Origin: Spirochaetia bacterium
GTDB taxonomy: Bacteria; Spirochaetota; Spirochaetia; CAKZLE01
Direction of reading: 5' to 3'
NCBI GenBank assembly: GCA_963677595.1
Contig: OY782041.1
Coordinates: forward strand, 1,344,001 to 1,408,000
DNA length: 64,000 bases
Positions 54,757 to 64,000 of the stretch are shown piece after piece (position 1 is the stretch's first letter; each line of letters begins with the position of its first letter). The notes beneath the pieces are model-generated. The model was not told the DNA's origin. It worked only from the letters and a program-made list of their open reading frames with translations, and made no database searches. The position numbers were made by a program, and so were the translations under genes.

Positions 54757-56343
54757 TTATTTAATCTCAAATGCGTATATTTTCGCTAAATGCAATCTGA
54801 ACTTAATGCAAACGTTTCCTTCAGATATACCACTCAAATCTGAGTTACCATTCCATTCAAGTTCTGCTTCCACTTCATCACCCGATAATCTTCGTGAAGA
54901 TTTAAAAGTATATCCTTCAATTGGATTCCCCTTTTTATCCTGCAACTCAGCTTCCACATAACCCGAATGTCCATCAGTTTTATAATTAATAGTAATCTTG
55001 GTACCAGTGAGTTTGAAAACTCTTGTTGAGAACTCTCCCCTATCTTGGGCAACAACAGAACAAAGACGATTCTTCTTAAATACTGCATATGCCAGATCTC
55101 CAAGAGGAGGTGTCGGGTCTCCTTCAGTCAGACACCTGGGGTATTTATACGGATATTTGTATACACATAAAGGTATGCCAATTTTATCTTCTGGTAAGGG
55201 AAATATATTATAACCTGCTTCTAGATCATCAAAAACCCAGTTCCCGCCTTCATTACGAGTTGCAGCATTTTTGCCAGGTAACCAGTTCCAATATAATCCA
55301 TCTGCAGATACAGCAAATTTCATATCACGATTATCTGTATTGCGGTGAAACATTGTAGCCAACATCAAATATACATCTTCAGTACCTGGATATTTCATAA
55401 CAGGGCAATGCATGATATCATCTGATGGATGATCAGTTAATTTCACTTCAAGACAGGGATAAGGTGTTGGCCATTTTGTAAAATCCTCTGTTTCTGACCT
55501 ACCTACTGAACGACGACCCGCACGCAACATCCTAAAATAACCGACATATTTTTTTATAGAATCATCCCACATACATACGTTCATCTGATCAGAACAATAC
55601 ATCATTACCGGTTCTTGAATCTGGGTCCAATGAATTCCATCTGCAGAATATGCACCAGAGGTAACTGCGCAAGTACCTTGTTTCCCTGGTTTTCCGTTTA
55701 GGGCTTTAGGGTCACAATCTCCGTTAAATCGTTCGATCTGGTGTTCTTTCCAAGAATCAATATCTTCATGTTGCTCTTCACCCCGATAAATAAGCTTGTA
55801 TTTCTGCTCAGGTGGGCAGTTGGGATTCTCATCCTTAAAGATACAACCGCTTGAAAAAAAGTTCCTATTTACCTCACGACCATATATCCCATTGGTATTT
55901 TGTCCTTCAAAAAAGTAAATACCTAATTCAGGCTTTACCCAATTAAAGCCATCTTTTGATTCTGCATAACAAAGAAGCCAACCCACATCATAGTTGTATG
56001 ACATATCGTTTCTATATCTGAAATCATCTGGTACAACTGTATACCAAAGTCTATACATCCCGTCTTCATATATAATGTTGTTTGCATACATGAGATATCC
56101 CTGTTCCCAAGGTTTATCTAGAGGCAAACACGGACCTGTGATTTCTGCCTGTTCAGCTTCAAGTTTTATACCGTATGCAGTATCAGGATATGGACTTGGG
56201 TCTTTAGCCGCCCCCCACTGTGAAACTTTTTTACCATTTAACTTCCAAAAGACCTGTCCCTGCCCAATGTTTCTCCAATCGATAAACATCTGCGGTCCTT
56301 TTAATACCAATGGTTCCTTCTGATCTGGTAATTGTAACAGCAC
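54757..56343 (-). CDS. Uncharacterised beta-propeller hydrolase-like protein (GH32/43/130-like fold, Asp-box repeats)
   Basis: AESKDGFNW, SADGIHW, TEDFTKW and SADGLYW repeats; GGAG RBS before GTG; no signal peptide. Confidence 0.65.
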   Translation of the reverse strand: MLLQLPDQKEPLVLKGPQMFIDWRNIGQGQVFWKLNGKKVSQWGAAKDPSPYPDTAYGIKLEAEQAEITGPCLPLDKPWEQGYLMYANNIIYEDGMYRLWYTVVPDDFRYRNDMSYNYDVGWLLCYAESKDGFNWVKPELGIYFFEGQNTNGIYGREVNRNFFSSGCIFKDENPNCPPEQKYKLIYRGEEQHEDIDSWKEHQIERFNGDCDPKALNGKPGKQGTCAVTSGAYSADGIHWTQIQEPVMMYCSDQMNVCMWDDSIKKYVGYFRMLRAGRRSVGRSETEDFTKWPTPYPCLEVKLTDHPSDDIMHCPVMKYPGTEDVYLMLATMFHRNTDNRDMKFAVSADGLYWNWLPGKNAATRNEGGNWVFDDLEAGYNIFPLPEDKIGIPLCVYKYPYKYPRCLTEGDPTPPLGDLAYAVFKKNRLCSVVAQDRGEFSTRVFKLTGTKITINYKTDGHSGYVEAELQDKKGNPIEGYTFKSSRRLSGDEVEAELEWNGNSDLSGISEGNVCIKFRLHLAKIYAFEIK

Positions 56344-56374
56344 TTTTCTCCTCCAATATATTATTTTCTTTGCT

Positions 56375-57373
56375 TTAATAACGATGACATCTTACATAGT
56401 GATTTGACTCAATTTCTTTCATCTCAGGTAACGTATTCATACAAATTCCTCCAAAATCTGAAGCATATCTGCAACGAGTATGAAACGGGCACCCCTTTGG
56501 AGGGTTTATTGGTGATGGGACGTCCCCTTGCATTAGTATCCGGTCGTTTTTCACAGTCGGATCAGGAACAGGGATGGCAGATATGAGTGCTTCTGTATAG
56601 GGATGCAACGGGTTTTTGTATATATCTGCTTTTTCAGCAATCTCGACAATTTTACCAAGATACATGATCCCAATACGGTCAGATACATGCTTGACAACGT
56701 TTAGCCCATGCGCAATAAAAAGTTGTGTTAGATTATATTTTTCTTTAAGATCACACATTAAATTCAAAATTTGTGATTGTACAGAAACATCTAGAGCAGA
56801 TACAGGTTCGTCGCAAACAATAAACTTTGGATTTAAGGCTATGGCTCGGGCTATGCCAATTCTTTGCCTCTGCCCACCCGAAAACTCACCTGGATACCGT
56901 GTAATAGTTTCCTTTGGCAAACCAACATCCTCAAGTAGTGATTCAACTTTTGTTTTTCTTTCTTTCTTACTTAAAATCTTATGAATAATAAAAGGTTCTT
57001 CGAGAAGTTTCCCCACTGTCATTCTTGAATCAAGAGATGAAAAAGGATCTTGAAAAATCAATTGCATTTCTCTTCGAATAATACGCATTCGTTTTTCATT
57101 GTATTGGGTTATATTTTTGCCATCAAATATTACATCACCAGTAGTGTAGTTTGGATAAAGATGTAATAAAGCTTTCCCAGTTGTCGTTTTTCCACAGCCG
57201 GATTCTCCTACAAGCCCGAATGTCTCTCCTTTTCGAATCTGAAATGAGACTCCATTAACAGCTTTAACAGATCCAATTTGATGTAACAGTAAACCCTTTT
57301 TATATATCGGGAAATGCACCTTTAAATCGTTAACTTGTACTAATACCTCTGCTTTCTCATTAGTGTTCATCAT
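56375..57373 (-). CDS. Peptide/nickel-type ABC transporter ATPase (OppF/DppF)
   Basis: GESGCGKT, FSGGQRQR, DEPVSALD, HPYT and C-terminal Cys motif. Confidence 0.94.
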   Translation of the reverse strand: MMNTNEKAEVLVQVNDLKVHFPIYKKGLLLHQIGSVKAVNGVSFQIRKGETFGLVGESGCGKTTTGKALLHLYPNYTTGDVIFDGKNITQYNEKRMRIIRREMQLIFQDPFSSLDSRMTVGKLLEEPFIIHKILSKKERKTKVESLLEDVGLPKETITRYPGEFSGGQRQRIGIARAIALNPKFIVCDEPVSALDVSVQSQILNLMCDLKEKYNLTQLFIAHGLNVVKHVSDRIGIMYLGKIVEIAEKADIYKNPLHPYTEALISAIPVPDPTVKNDRILMQGDVPSPINPPKGCPFHTRCRYASDFGGICMNTLPEMKEIESNHYVRCHRY

Positions 57374-58353
57374 TTACACCCCTCAACATAATGACAAGCA
57401 ACCTCACGCTCTTCCCCAACCAAACGCAATTGTGGAGCTTCTCTTTTACAGAGTTCCGTAGCTTTCGGACAGCGGGGATGAAAATAGCAACCTGTCGGTG
57501 GTAAAAGAGGATCTGTCACCATTCCTTTAATAACATGCAGTCTCTTCTCTTCATGATCCAATTTTGGAATAGAAGCAAATAAACCTTGAGTATATGGATG
57601 AAGCGGATTCGCAAAGAGATCTTTGATCTCTCCAGACTCTACGATTTCGCCGCTATACATTACAATGACTCGACTACATATCTCAGCAATAACACCAATA
57701 TCATGAGTTATAAATAATACTGAAGTACCAAACTCATCACGCATCTTACGAATAATATCGAGAACCTGTGCCTGTATCGTAACATCTAGTGCTGTTGTAG
57801 GTTCATCCGCAATGAGTAATTTCGGTTTGCAGCTCAATGCCATTGCAATCATAACACGCTGTCGCATACCCCCAGAAAGTTGATGTGGATACTCTTTAGC
57901 CCTTTGCGCTGCCGAAGGGATCTCAACCAATTTAAGTAGTTTTATTGCTTCTTTGAATGCCTCATCTTTACTCAAACCTTGATGAATGTGGATTGCTTCT
58001 GCAACTTGCTTTCCAATAGAAATAACGGGGTTTAGCGCTGTCATTGGTTCTTGAAATATCATTGAAATCTGGTTACCCCGCACACTTCGCATCTCTTTTT
58101 CCGAAATCTTAGTTAGATCTTTTCCTCCAAAACAGATTTCCCCATTTTTGATTTTTCCCGGAGGAGACGGTATCAAACGTAAAATCGATGAAACAGTCAC
58201 ACTTTTCCCACATCCAGATTCACCAACAATCCCTAAACTCTCACCTTTCTTTATATAGAATGACACCCCACGGACAGCAGGAACTTCGCCATAATCCGTA
58301 AAAAAACTTAGTTCTAGATCTTTTACATCAAGCAAATTGCTATTATTTACCAT
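57370..58353 (-). CDS. Peptide/nickel-type ABC transporter ATPase (OppD/DppD)
   Basis: GESGCGKS, LSGGMRQR and DEPTTALD motifs. Confidence 0.94.
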   Translation of the reverse strand: MVNNSNLLDVKDLELSFFTDYGEVPAVRGVSFYIKKGESLGIVGESGCGKSVTVSSILRLIPSPPGKIKNGEICFGGKDLTKISEKEMRSVRGNQISMIFQEPMTALNPVISIGKQVAEAIHIHQGLSKDEAFKEAIKLLKLVEIPSAAQRAKEYPHQLSGGMRQRVMIAMALSCKPKLLIADEPTTALDVTIQAQVLDIIRKMRDEFGTSVLFITHDIGVIAEICSRVIVMYSGEIVESGEIKDLFANPLHPYTQGLFASIPKLDHEEKRLHVIKGMVTDPLLPPTGCYFHPRCPKATELCKREAPQLRLVGEEREVACHYVEGCK

Positions 58354-58421
58354 ATTGTTATCCTAATAACTCTCTGAAGTTTTATGTAATGGTTTTTCAT
58401 AGTTGTTCATATCTTCACTAC

Positions 58422-58775
58422 CTAATCTGTAAGCTGCCAACTAAACCCCTGAGAATCTTTAAAATTGCTCACAGTACGTCCCGTGTCCTTTACAAGGTTG
58501 TTTTCCTTTGTAAAAACTATTCCTTTTTCCTTGAGTTTGTCGTTTGTATCGTTTGAGTCTATTTTAAAAGCTATATGATTAACACCAAGCTTCTCTCCTT
58601 CCTTTGCCGCTCTAACCTCAAAGATCACCTGATTTTCTCCTGGCAAGGCTATTTCAACAGACTGCGGGACTCTATTGGTCCTTCGCACTTCTACAAAACC
58701 AAGCCGTTTCATTTCAGCTACCAAGCTCTCTACATCCATAACCCTGAAATCAATGTGATCTACTCTTTTAACCAT
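58422..58775 (-). CDS. VOC/glyoxalase family protein
   Basis: VDHI, NHIAF and F.DS.G motifs; inserted within the ABC operon. Confidence 0.82.
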   Translation of the reverse strand: MVKRVDHIDFRVMDVESLVAEMKRLGFVEVRRTNRVPQSVEIALPGENQVIFEVRAAKEGEKLGVNHIAFKIDSNDTNDKLKEKGIVFTKENNLVKDTGRTVSNFKDSQGFSWQLTD

Positions 58776-58804
58776 GTTTGTTCTCCTCTCTATTTCTAAT
58801 TAAT

Positions 58805-59656
58805 CTATTCCATACGTAAAATTCTTCTTACGCCATCTCCAATAAGGTTAATACCGATTACTAAACATGTAATAAATATTGCAGGTGTAGTTGAAATCCA
58901 CCATGTTGTTGCCATGCTCGACTGTCCATCGGCAACCATTCGACCCCAAGTCGCATACGGTCGCGCAACACCCAATCCCAAGAAACTCAACCCAGCTTCA
59001 GCCAGAATAATTGTTGCAATAAGCAGCGTCGCCAAAACCATAACTGAAGGCAATACGTTGGGGATAAGATGCTTGAAGATAATTCTAGCCCTAGTGGCTC
59101 CTAGAACCTTTGCAGCAAGAATGTAATCGGCTTTCGAATGAACAAGTGTTTTTGCCCTAGCTTGCCTGAAGATTACATACCATTCACTTAAAGCAAGCCC
59201 TCCAGCCAACACCCAAACACTAGAGCCTAATACAGTAATAAATAGTATAATAATAAGAATCATAGGGATTGAATGCTGTATTTCTAGGATAATACCCGTT
59301 AAATTATCTACCCATCCTCTATTATATCCACTTATTACACCAAGAATCGTTCCTATTGCAGCAGAACAAAGCACTGAAAGAAAAGCGATGAGTAGCGCCA
59401 ATTGCCCCCCCACCATTACTCTGCTGAGCATATCCCGACCAAGTTGATCGGTTCCAAATAAATGAAAATTACCTTCAATATCATATGAGAGCGGTGCAAC
59501 CCCAATCTTACATAACTCAGACAGATTAGGGTCATACGGTGTCCAAATAAATGATAACAATGTTGCTAATACGATAAATGAAACTAGAATCACACCTGGA
59601 ATTAGTCTGCTCATTCCGCGCCGTTTATACCAAACAATCTTTTTCTTTTGATCCAT
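58805..59656 (-). CDS. ABC permease (OppC/DppC)
   Basis: GTDQLGRD, AAKVLGA, KHLIPN and EAGLSFLGLG motifs. Confidence 0.92.
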   Translation of the reverse strand: MDQKKKIVWYKRRGMSRLIPGVILVSFIVLATLLSFIWTPYDPNLSELCKIGVAPLSYDIEGNFHLFGTDQLGRDMLSRVMVGGQLALLIAFLSVLCSAAIGTILGVISGYNRGWVDNLTGIILEIQHSIPMILIIILFITVLGSSVWVLAGGLALSEWYVIFRQARAKTLVHSKADYILAAKVLGATRARIIFKHLIPNVLPSVMVLATLLIATIILAEAGLSFLGLGVARPYATWGRMVADGQSSMATTWWISTTPAIFITCLVIGINLIGDGVRRILRME

Positions 59657-59683
59657 AGTCAATTCTCCCTATCAAACAGTTTT

Positions 59684-60625
59684 TTACTTATTATGCCTAA
59701 CTCGTGGATCAATAACGCCATACAGCAGATCAATTACTATATTGATTATTATGAACATCAATGCTGTATAGGGAACTAACGCTTGAATCACATTGTAATC
59801 TCTTGCATTGACAGAAGATATTAACAGCTGCCCTATCCCATTGAAGCGAAAAATTCCTTCAATATAAACTGATCCTATGACCAATTTACTAAAACGCATC
59901 CCAATGAGAGTAACTATTGGTATGGCAACATTTCTTAGGGCATGACCAAATAGCACTTTCGTGTGCGGGAGTCCCTTCGCCTTTGCTGTACGTATATAGT
60001 CACTATTCAAGACCATTCCAACCTCAACACGCGTAATTCTTGTCATTGACGCTATAAAGCGTGTTGAAAGACATAATGTTGGCAATATCATTGATATAAA
60101 TGATCCATAACCTCCAGTAGGAAGCCATTTAAGATTGATCCCAAAAATAACGATTAAAACCATTGCTATAAAGAAACCTGGAAACGAAGTAACAAAAAGA
60201 TTACTTGTTACGATTAGATTGTCATACCAAGAATTTGGTCGATACGCTGATAGAATCCCTAATGGTACTGCTACAATTATAGAAAATATTAATGTCATAA
60301 AGGCAAGTAGGAATGTACGGGGCATCCTTTCCTTTATTATACTTATAACCGGAGTGCTTGCCGTTCCACCAATCGCATATTGATATGATACACCCATGTC
60401 CCCGGTAATAAGATTTTTTGTATATTTGATAAATTGCTCCATGATAGGTCTATCTAAACCCCAAGAAGCTTCTAGTTCAGCTACCTGTTCAGGTGTTGCA
60501 TCATTTCCTAGTAAAATATATGCTGGATTACCAGGAACTGCGTGAACCAATGCAAATACTACAACAATCGTGACTAATAAAGTCAATACACCACGCAAGG
60601 CCCTCTGTGCTAACATAGTACCCAT
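59684..60625 (-). CDS. ABC permease (OppB/DppB)
   Basis: PGNPA, GLDRP, GDMG.S, YIRTAKAKGL, HALRN and RDY motifs. Confidence 0.92.
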   Translation of the reverse strand: MGTMLAQRALRGVLTLLVTIVVVFALVHAVPGNPAYILLGNDATPEQVAELEASWGLDRPIMEQFIKYTKNLITGDMGVSYQYAIGGTASTPVISIIKERMPRTFLLAFMTLIFSIIVAVPLGILSAYRPNSWYDNLIVTSNLFVTSFPGFFIAMVLIVIFGINLKWLPTGGYGSFISMILPTLCLSTRFIASMTRITRVEVGMVLNSDYIRTAKAKGLPHTKVLFGHALRNVAIPIVTLIGMRFSKLVIGSVYIEGIFRFNGIGQLLISSVNARDYNVIQALVPYTALMFIIINIVIDLLYGVIDPRVRHNK

Positions 60626-60702
60626 GGTCTTCCACTCCTTTTCCACTTTCATTTTGCAGGGATCGCATCCGCTCAAGACGCTCTCCCTGCAAAAAACCTA
60701 GA

Positions 60703-62259
60703 TTATTTTTCAATATATGCGTCTTTAAAGAACAACCAACTATTGATAGCTAAACGAGTACCTTTAATATTTGATTGAAAGCCAACACCTATTCTTGACT
60801 CTACTGCAAATATATAGGGGAATTTCTCCCAAAGCAGGGCATTCACTTCTCTTAATTTTTCCTTTCGTTCTTCAGTGGTCAAACCATAACCAGCAGCTGC
60901 GCTGTAATAACCCGGCATGTCCGCAAAATCATCTCCTTCAGCATAACCACGCTTAACCATTTGATTCCAGTAATAATCGGATGTACCACCAAAAGGACCA
61001 GGAGTATTGGCAAGATCCATTTCAAACTCCCCACTATTTTGTTTCTCTGTAATAGCTGCCTTTTCCAATTGCTTAAACTCAACGTTAATACCTACTTGAG
61101 TCAATTGTGACGCAATAAATTCACCTACCTGGACATCGTTCCCAAACTCCCCTGTAGTCATGTACAAGCGAATAAGAGCCCCATCATAGCCAATTTCCTT
61201 AAGTAGCTGCTTTGATCGCTCCGGGTCATAATTGTTAGCTTTGGTACCGGCATCACCACCAAAAGAAAGCTCAGAAGCAACACCAGACATGGGAGCAGTC
61301 AACCCGCCAAATAGATATGTATTGATCGCATCTTGATCAATAGCCAATACCATTGCTTCTCTAAACTTCACATTCCACATCCAGTTATCCTTAGGAACGT
61401 TAAAGTTGATTCTTGTCCAGTTCAATCCAACGGTTCTAAATATGTCAAAATAGTAATCGTCACTAAGCTTTTCGAGATTTTCTATCTGATCCAATGGGAT
61501 TGCTTCAGATATTTCATAATCTCCTGATTGTAGTCCTGAAATACGCGCTGACTGATCACTTACAGCATCTATCACAACTTCATCGAAATACACATCTCCA
61601 TCCCAATATTCAGTCTCAGCCTTCTTTAAAACCAGTGATATTCCTAAATCCCAGCTTTCAACAACATATGGGCCAACCCCCGCCGGATGGGTGAAGTACA
61701 CTTCGTCACCTTCTGCCTTCCATTGTTTCGGTGCATACATCACGATACGAGTAAGCAAATTAGGAATGAAAGCGTTTGCTGCTTCAGTTTTTATATTAAT
61801 GGTATACTCATCAACCTTTTCGATTGTAATCGGCCATGCAGTTCCCCAATGTGATTTATATCGATATGCCAGTTCACGGTCCGTCATCGATGTCAGGTTA
61901 TAGACAACTGCATCTGCATTAAAGGGTTCACCGTTTGTGAACACTACCCCTTCGCGCAACTTGAACTGCCAAGTCAGTTCATCAATCCATTCCCAAGATG
62001 TTGCAAGCCCTGGTTCAAGATCTCCTTCGTCATTTAAACGAGTGAGTGCATCACTTATATTCTGTGTAATAGATGTTGCATACCCATCTGCACGCAACAT
62101 ACCAAGCGTGGATGGCCCTTTCTCCATAGCAATTCTTAGAATCTTGTCTTCTTTTTCTGCAGCAGCGGTTTCCTTATCACCATTAGCACTTACTAATGAA
62201 ATGCTGAATACCAGTATTACACTGATAATTAGAAATACATGCGATACCTTCCTTTTCAT
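60703..62259 (-). CDS. ABC substrate-binding protein (family 5)
   Basis: PGLATSW, F.LREGV.F.NG.PFNA and G.GPY motifs; signal peptide VSA-NGDKE; AGGAGG RBS. Confidence 0.92.
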   Translation of the reverse strand: MKRKVSHVFLIISVILVFSISLVSANGDKETAAAEKEDKILRIAMEKGPSTLGMLRADGYATSITQNISDALTRLNDEGDLEPGLATSWEWIDELTWQFKLREGVVFTNGEPFNADAVVYNLTSMTDRELAYRYKSHWGTAWPITIEKVDEYTINIKTEAANAFIPNLLTRIVMYAPKQWKAEGDEVYFTHPAGVGPYVVESWDLGISLVLKKAETEYWDGDVYFDEVVIDAVSDQSARISGLQSGDYEISEAIPLDQIENLEKLSDDYYFDIFRTVGLNWTRINFNVPKDNWMWNVKFREAMVLAIDQDAINTYLFGGLTAPMSGVASELSFGGDAGTKANNYDPERSKQLLKEIGYDGALIRLYMTTGEFGNDVQVGEFIASQLTQVGINVEFKQLEKAAITEKQNSGEFEMDLANTPGPFGGTSDYYWNQMVKRGYAEGDDFADMPGYYSAAAGYGLTTEERKEKLREVNALLWEKFPYIFAVESRIGVGFQSNIKGTRLAINSWLFFKDAYIEK

Positions 62260-62673
62260 GTTTCCTCCTAATAAAAAACCTGGCATACACTATCTTTCAG
62301 CCTACGGATAGTTCTGATCAGTTTCCCGATCTTTAACGACAAATCATGCTGCCGCCTGCATATTCCAAACTTTTTTGTATCTGTACTTGGTGCTTAGCTC
62401 AAGCAGTGCAACAGTTGGTCCTACATCATTTCGATAGACAGGAACCCTGATTAATAACAGTCAGTATTCAGATATTTCCTCAAAGCCGCTCCCTCCTTTC
62501 AGAAATAATACTGAAACTAAGTAACTGTTTTAAAAAGACTTATATTCCCACTTATGGGAAACACAATCGTCCATAAAATCAGCAGGCTACCATTTCTCAA
62601 AATCTACAAAGCATCAAGCCCAGACAGGACAACCCACTTAACACTGGAAAAAAGAATCTATAAACCCAAATAC

Positions 62674-63399
62674 TTAGAACACAAAATCTCCACTCATAGC
62701 GAAAGGATACACTGCCTGATACGCTTCAGCATATTGGCAACCCCTACGGCCAAAACTTGATGCATTTGAAGCTCGTATTTCTGCACGTTTTTCATAGCTT
62801 TCCGCTAATTTCGCCTTACCTTCGAAACAGGACATTGCCTGTTTTTTCAGGTCTATGACCTCTGAAATATCCACAAATACGTTAGGCTGGAAATTATTGA
62901 ACTCACTGGCATGTGGCTCAAAACAGAAGATTGGAGTTCTTTTTAATCCTGGTGTTGTACCTTCAATCTCAATCCCATACCCTCCAGCCAGTTCCGCAGC
63001 CAGAATGACATAGTTGAGAACCGATCCATGATCTGGGTTGAGAATATCTTTATTGTGATGTGTTAAAATGAAATCAGGCTGATAGTTTCGGTAATAAGCT
63101 GCCAATTTTTTTAAAGAATCTCGGTCCATTTCTAGAGGATAGTCCTGCAAATCCCAAAAGTCTATTTGATTGACACCTAGAATCTCTGCTACTTTAGTTG
63201 TGTCTCTTTTCCTCACTTTTTTAGCAGTCTCGATATCCATGCCAGTTGTCATCAGATCGTTTGCTTCTCCTCCTGTACCATATGTAAGGATGATAACCTG
63301 AACCTCTCCGCCATTCTTCGTATGCTTAGCTACAGATCCGGAACAACGCCATAACAAATCTCCGGGATGTGCAGAAATTACCAACATTTTTTGTCTCAC
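62674..63399 (-). CDS. PIG-L family protein, GalB (4-oxalomesaconate hydratase)-like
   Basis: SAHPGDLLWR, G..GE, DYP, D..N.DH, FEPH..E and AEA motifs match the GalB pattern (SAHSADFVWR...FEPHQPE). Confidence 0.8.
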   Translation of the reverse strand: MRQKMLVISAHPGDLLWRCSGSVAKHTKNGGEVQVIILTYGTGGEANDLMTTGMDIETAKKVRKRDTTKVAEILGVNQIDFWDLQDYPLEMDRDSLKKLAAYYRNYQPDFILTHHNKDILNPDHGSVLNYVILAAELAGGYGIEIEGTTPGLKRTPIFCFEPHASEFNNFQPNVFVDISEVIDLKKQAMSCFEGKAKLAESYEKRAEIRASNASSFGRRGCQYAEAYQAVYPFAMSGDFVF

Positions 63400-63683
63400 T
63401 GGATCTTCCCTCCTATTTTTTATCAAATATCATTTATCAAATTATCCATCACATAATCCCATCTGTCAAGAAAAATCTGTCTAAGCACAGAAATGCTGAC
63501 TTCGCCGTAGAAGCCACCTGAAGAAAAATGGCGATCATTCATTGGTTTATAGATGGATTCTCATATTTAGGAGGCGGTTCCTACGTCCAGTAATTGGAGA
63601 ACCGGGAGGAGATTTTACGTAACTTTGTAGATTGTTAGTATGTTCTTTATCAATGAGTGCAGGTCAGCCGTTAGTTCTTCAAA

Positions 63684-64000
63684 TCATAGGACCGTATTGA
63701 AACTCTCTCTCACAGCCTGCTCCATGTCAGAGATTTCATCATCTGTCAGGAACTTAAAGTGAGCTGATCTCTTCCTTGCTGAAAGACTGCCGTTGTTCTG
63801 GAGACATACTTGCATGAAGAGGTCAATGAGCCGGTCAGGCATATCAATGATGTCCTGAATCGCTCTCTTAGCGGTGTCATAGTGTGCTAAAAAGTTGAGT
63901 TCATATGAAAGCTCTTCATTGATCGTCATCTTCACGAACTCGTATAAGGCTTCTGCCTGCCGAGTCATATCCATATATCGATACCAGGCTGCTGTTTCCG
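63684..64000 (-). CDS. C-terminus of a Fic-family protein (5'-truncated by window edge)
   Basis: YRY.D.T..AE.L, DMPDR...QNNG.LS..KR C-terminal pattern; the Fic catalytic motif lies outside the window. Confidence 0.6.
   Translation of the reverse strand, partial: ETAAWYRYMDMTRQAEALYEFVKMTINEELSYELNFLAHYDTAKRAIQDIIDMPDRLIDLFMQVCLQNNGSLSARKRSAHFKFLTDDEISDMEQAVRESFNTVL

Larger units (their letters stand above)
45618..64000. mobile_element. Putative genomic island downstream of tRNA-Val (right end outside window)
   Basis: Visible drop in GC and loss of the GC3 codon bias after the tRNA; TA module, catabolic cluster and Fic gene; no integrase or att repeat seen. Confidence 0.6.

Noticed and set aside
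62287-62673. Strong RBS-like GAAAGGAGG (minus strand) in the gap between the GalB-like gene and the SBP
   Set aside because: Followed only by a 10-codon ORF; no recognisable gene or RNA structure can be supported.

Overview
Bacterial chromosome segment, most likely from an anaerobic spirochaete (Sphaerochaeta/Spirochaeta-like; inferred from the Cys-less 'A-NG-x-x-E' signal peptides and the nif3-lspA-small membrane ORF gene order). Bases 1-45.6 kb are GC-rich core genome. They carry the end of a Mo-hydroxylase operon, lipid kinase and acyltransferase genes, GTP-PEPCK, and a speA-CASDH-nspC-speB spermidine operon divergent from an ornithine cyclodeaminase-like gene. Further on are AmmeMemoRadiSam and U32 genes, asd, a LonC-type protease, two sigma54-driven pspABC cassettes flanking one pspF, aspS and tRNA-Val(CAC). 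Small accessory inserts are an intact two-ORF ISAs1 element with 18-bp IRs and a 9-bp TSD, an ABC-ATPase + DUF4276 pair, an AAA_14/DUF4143 ATPase with a 40-bp-periodic upstream repeat, and Phd-Doc. After the tRNA an AT-richer island runs off the end of the window. It holds a HEPN-MNT toxin-antitoxin pair and an uncharacterised catabolic cluster: GalB-like hydratase, three RraA/GalC-like aldolases, a divergent LeuCD, a beta-propeller hydrolase, a VOC protein, a peptide-type ABC importer and GntR. Best candidates for novelty: the catabolic island, the two-ORF ISAs1 with its own palindromic operator, an orphan ~80-nt sRNA with an anti-SD/AUG seed, the 40-bp repeat array, and apparently widespread leaderless genes. 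All family calls come from motif recognition by eye; no database searches were run.
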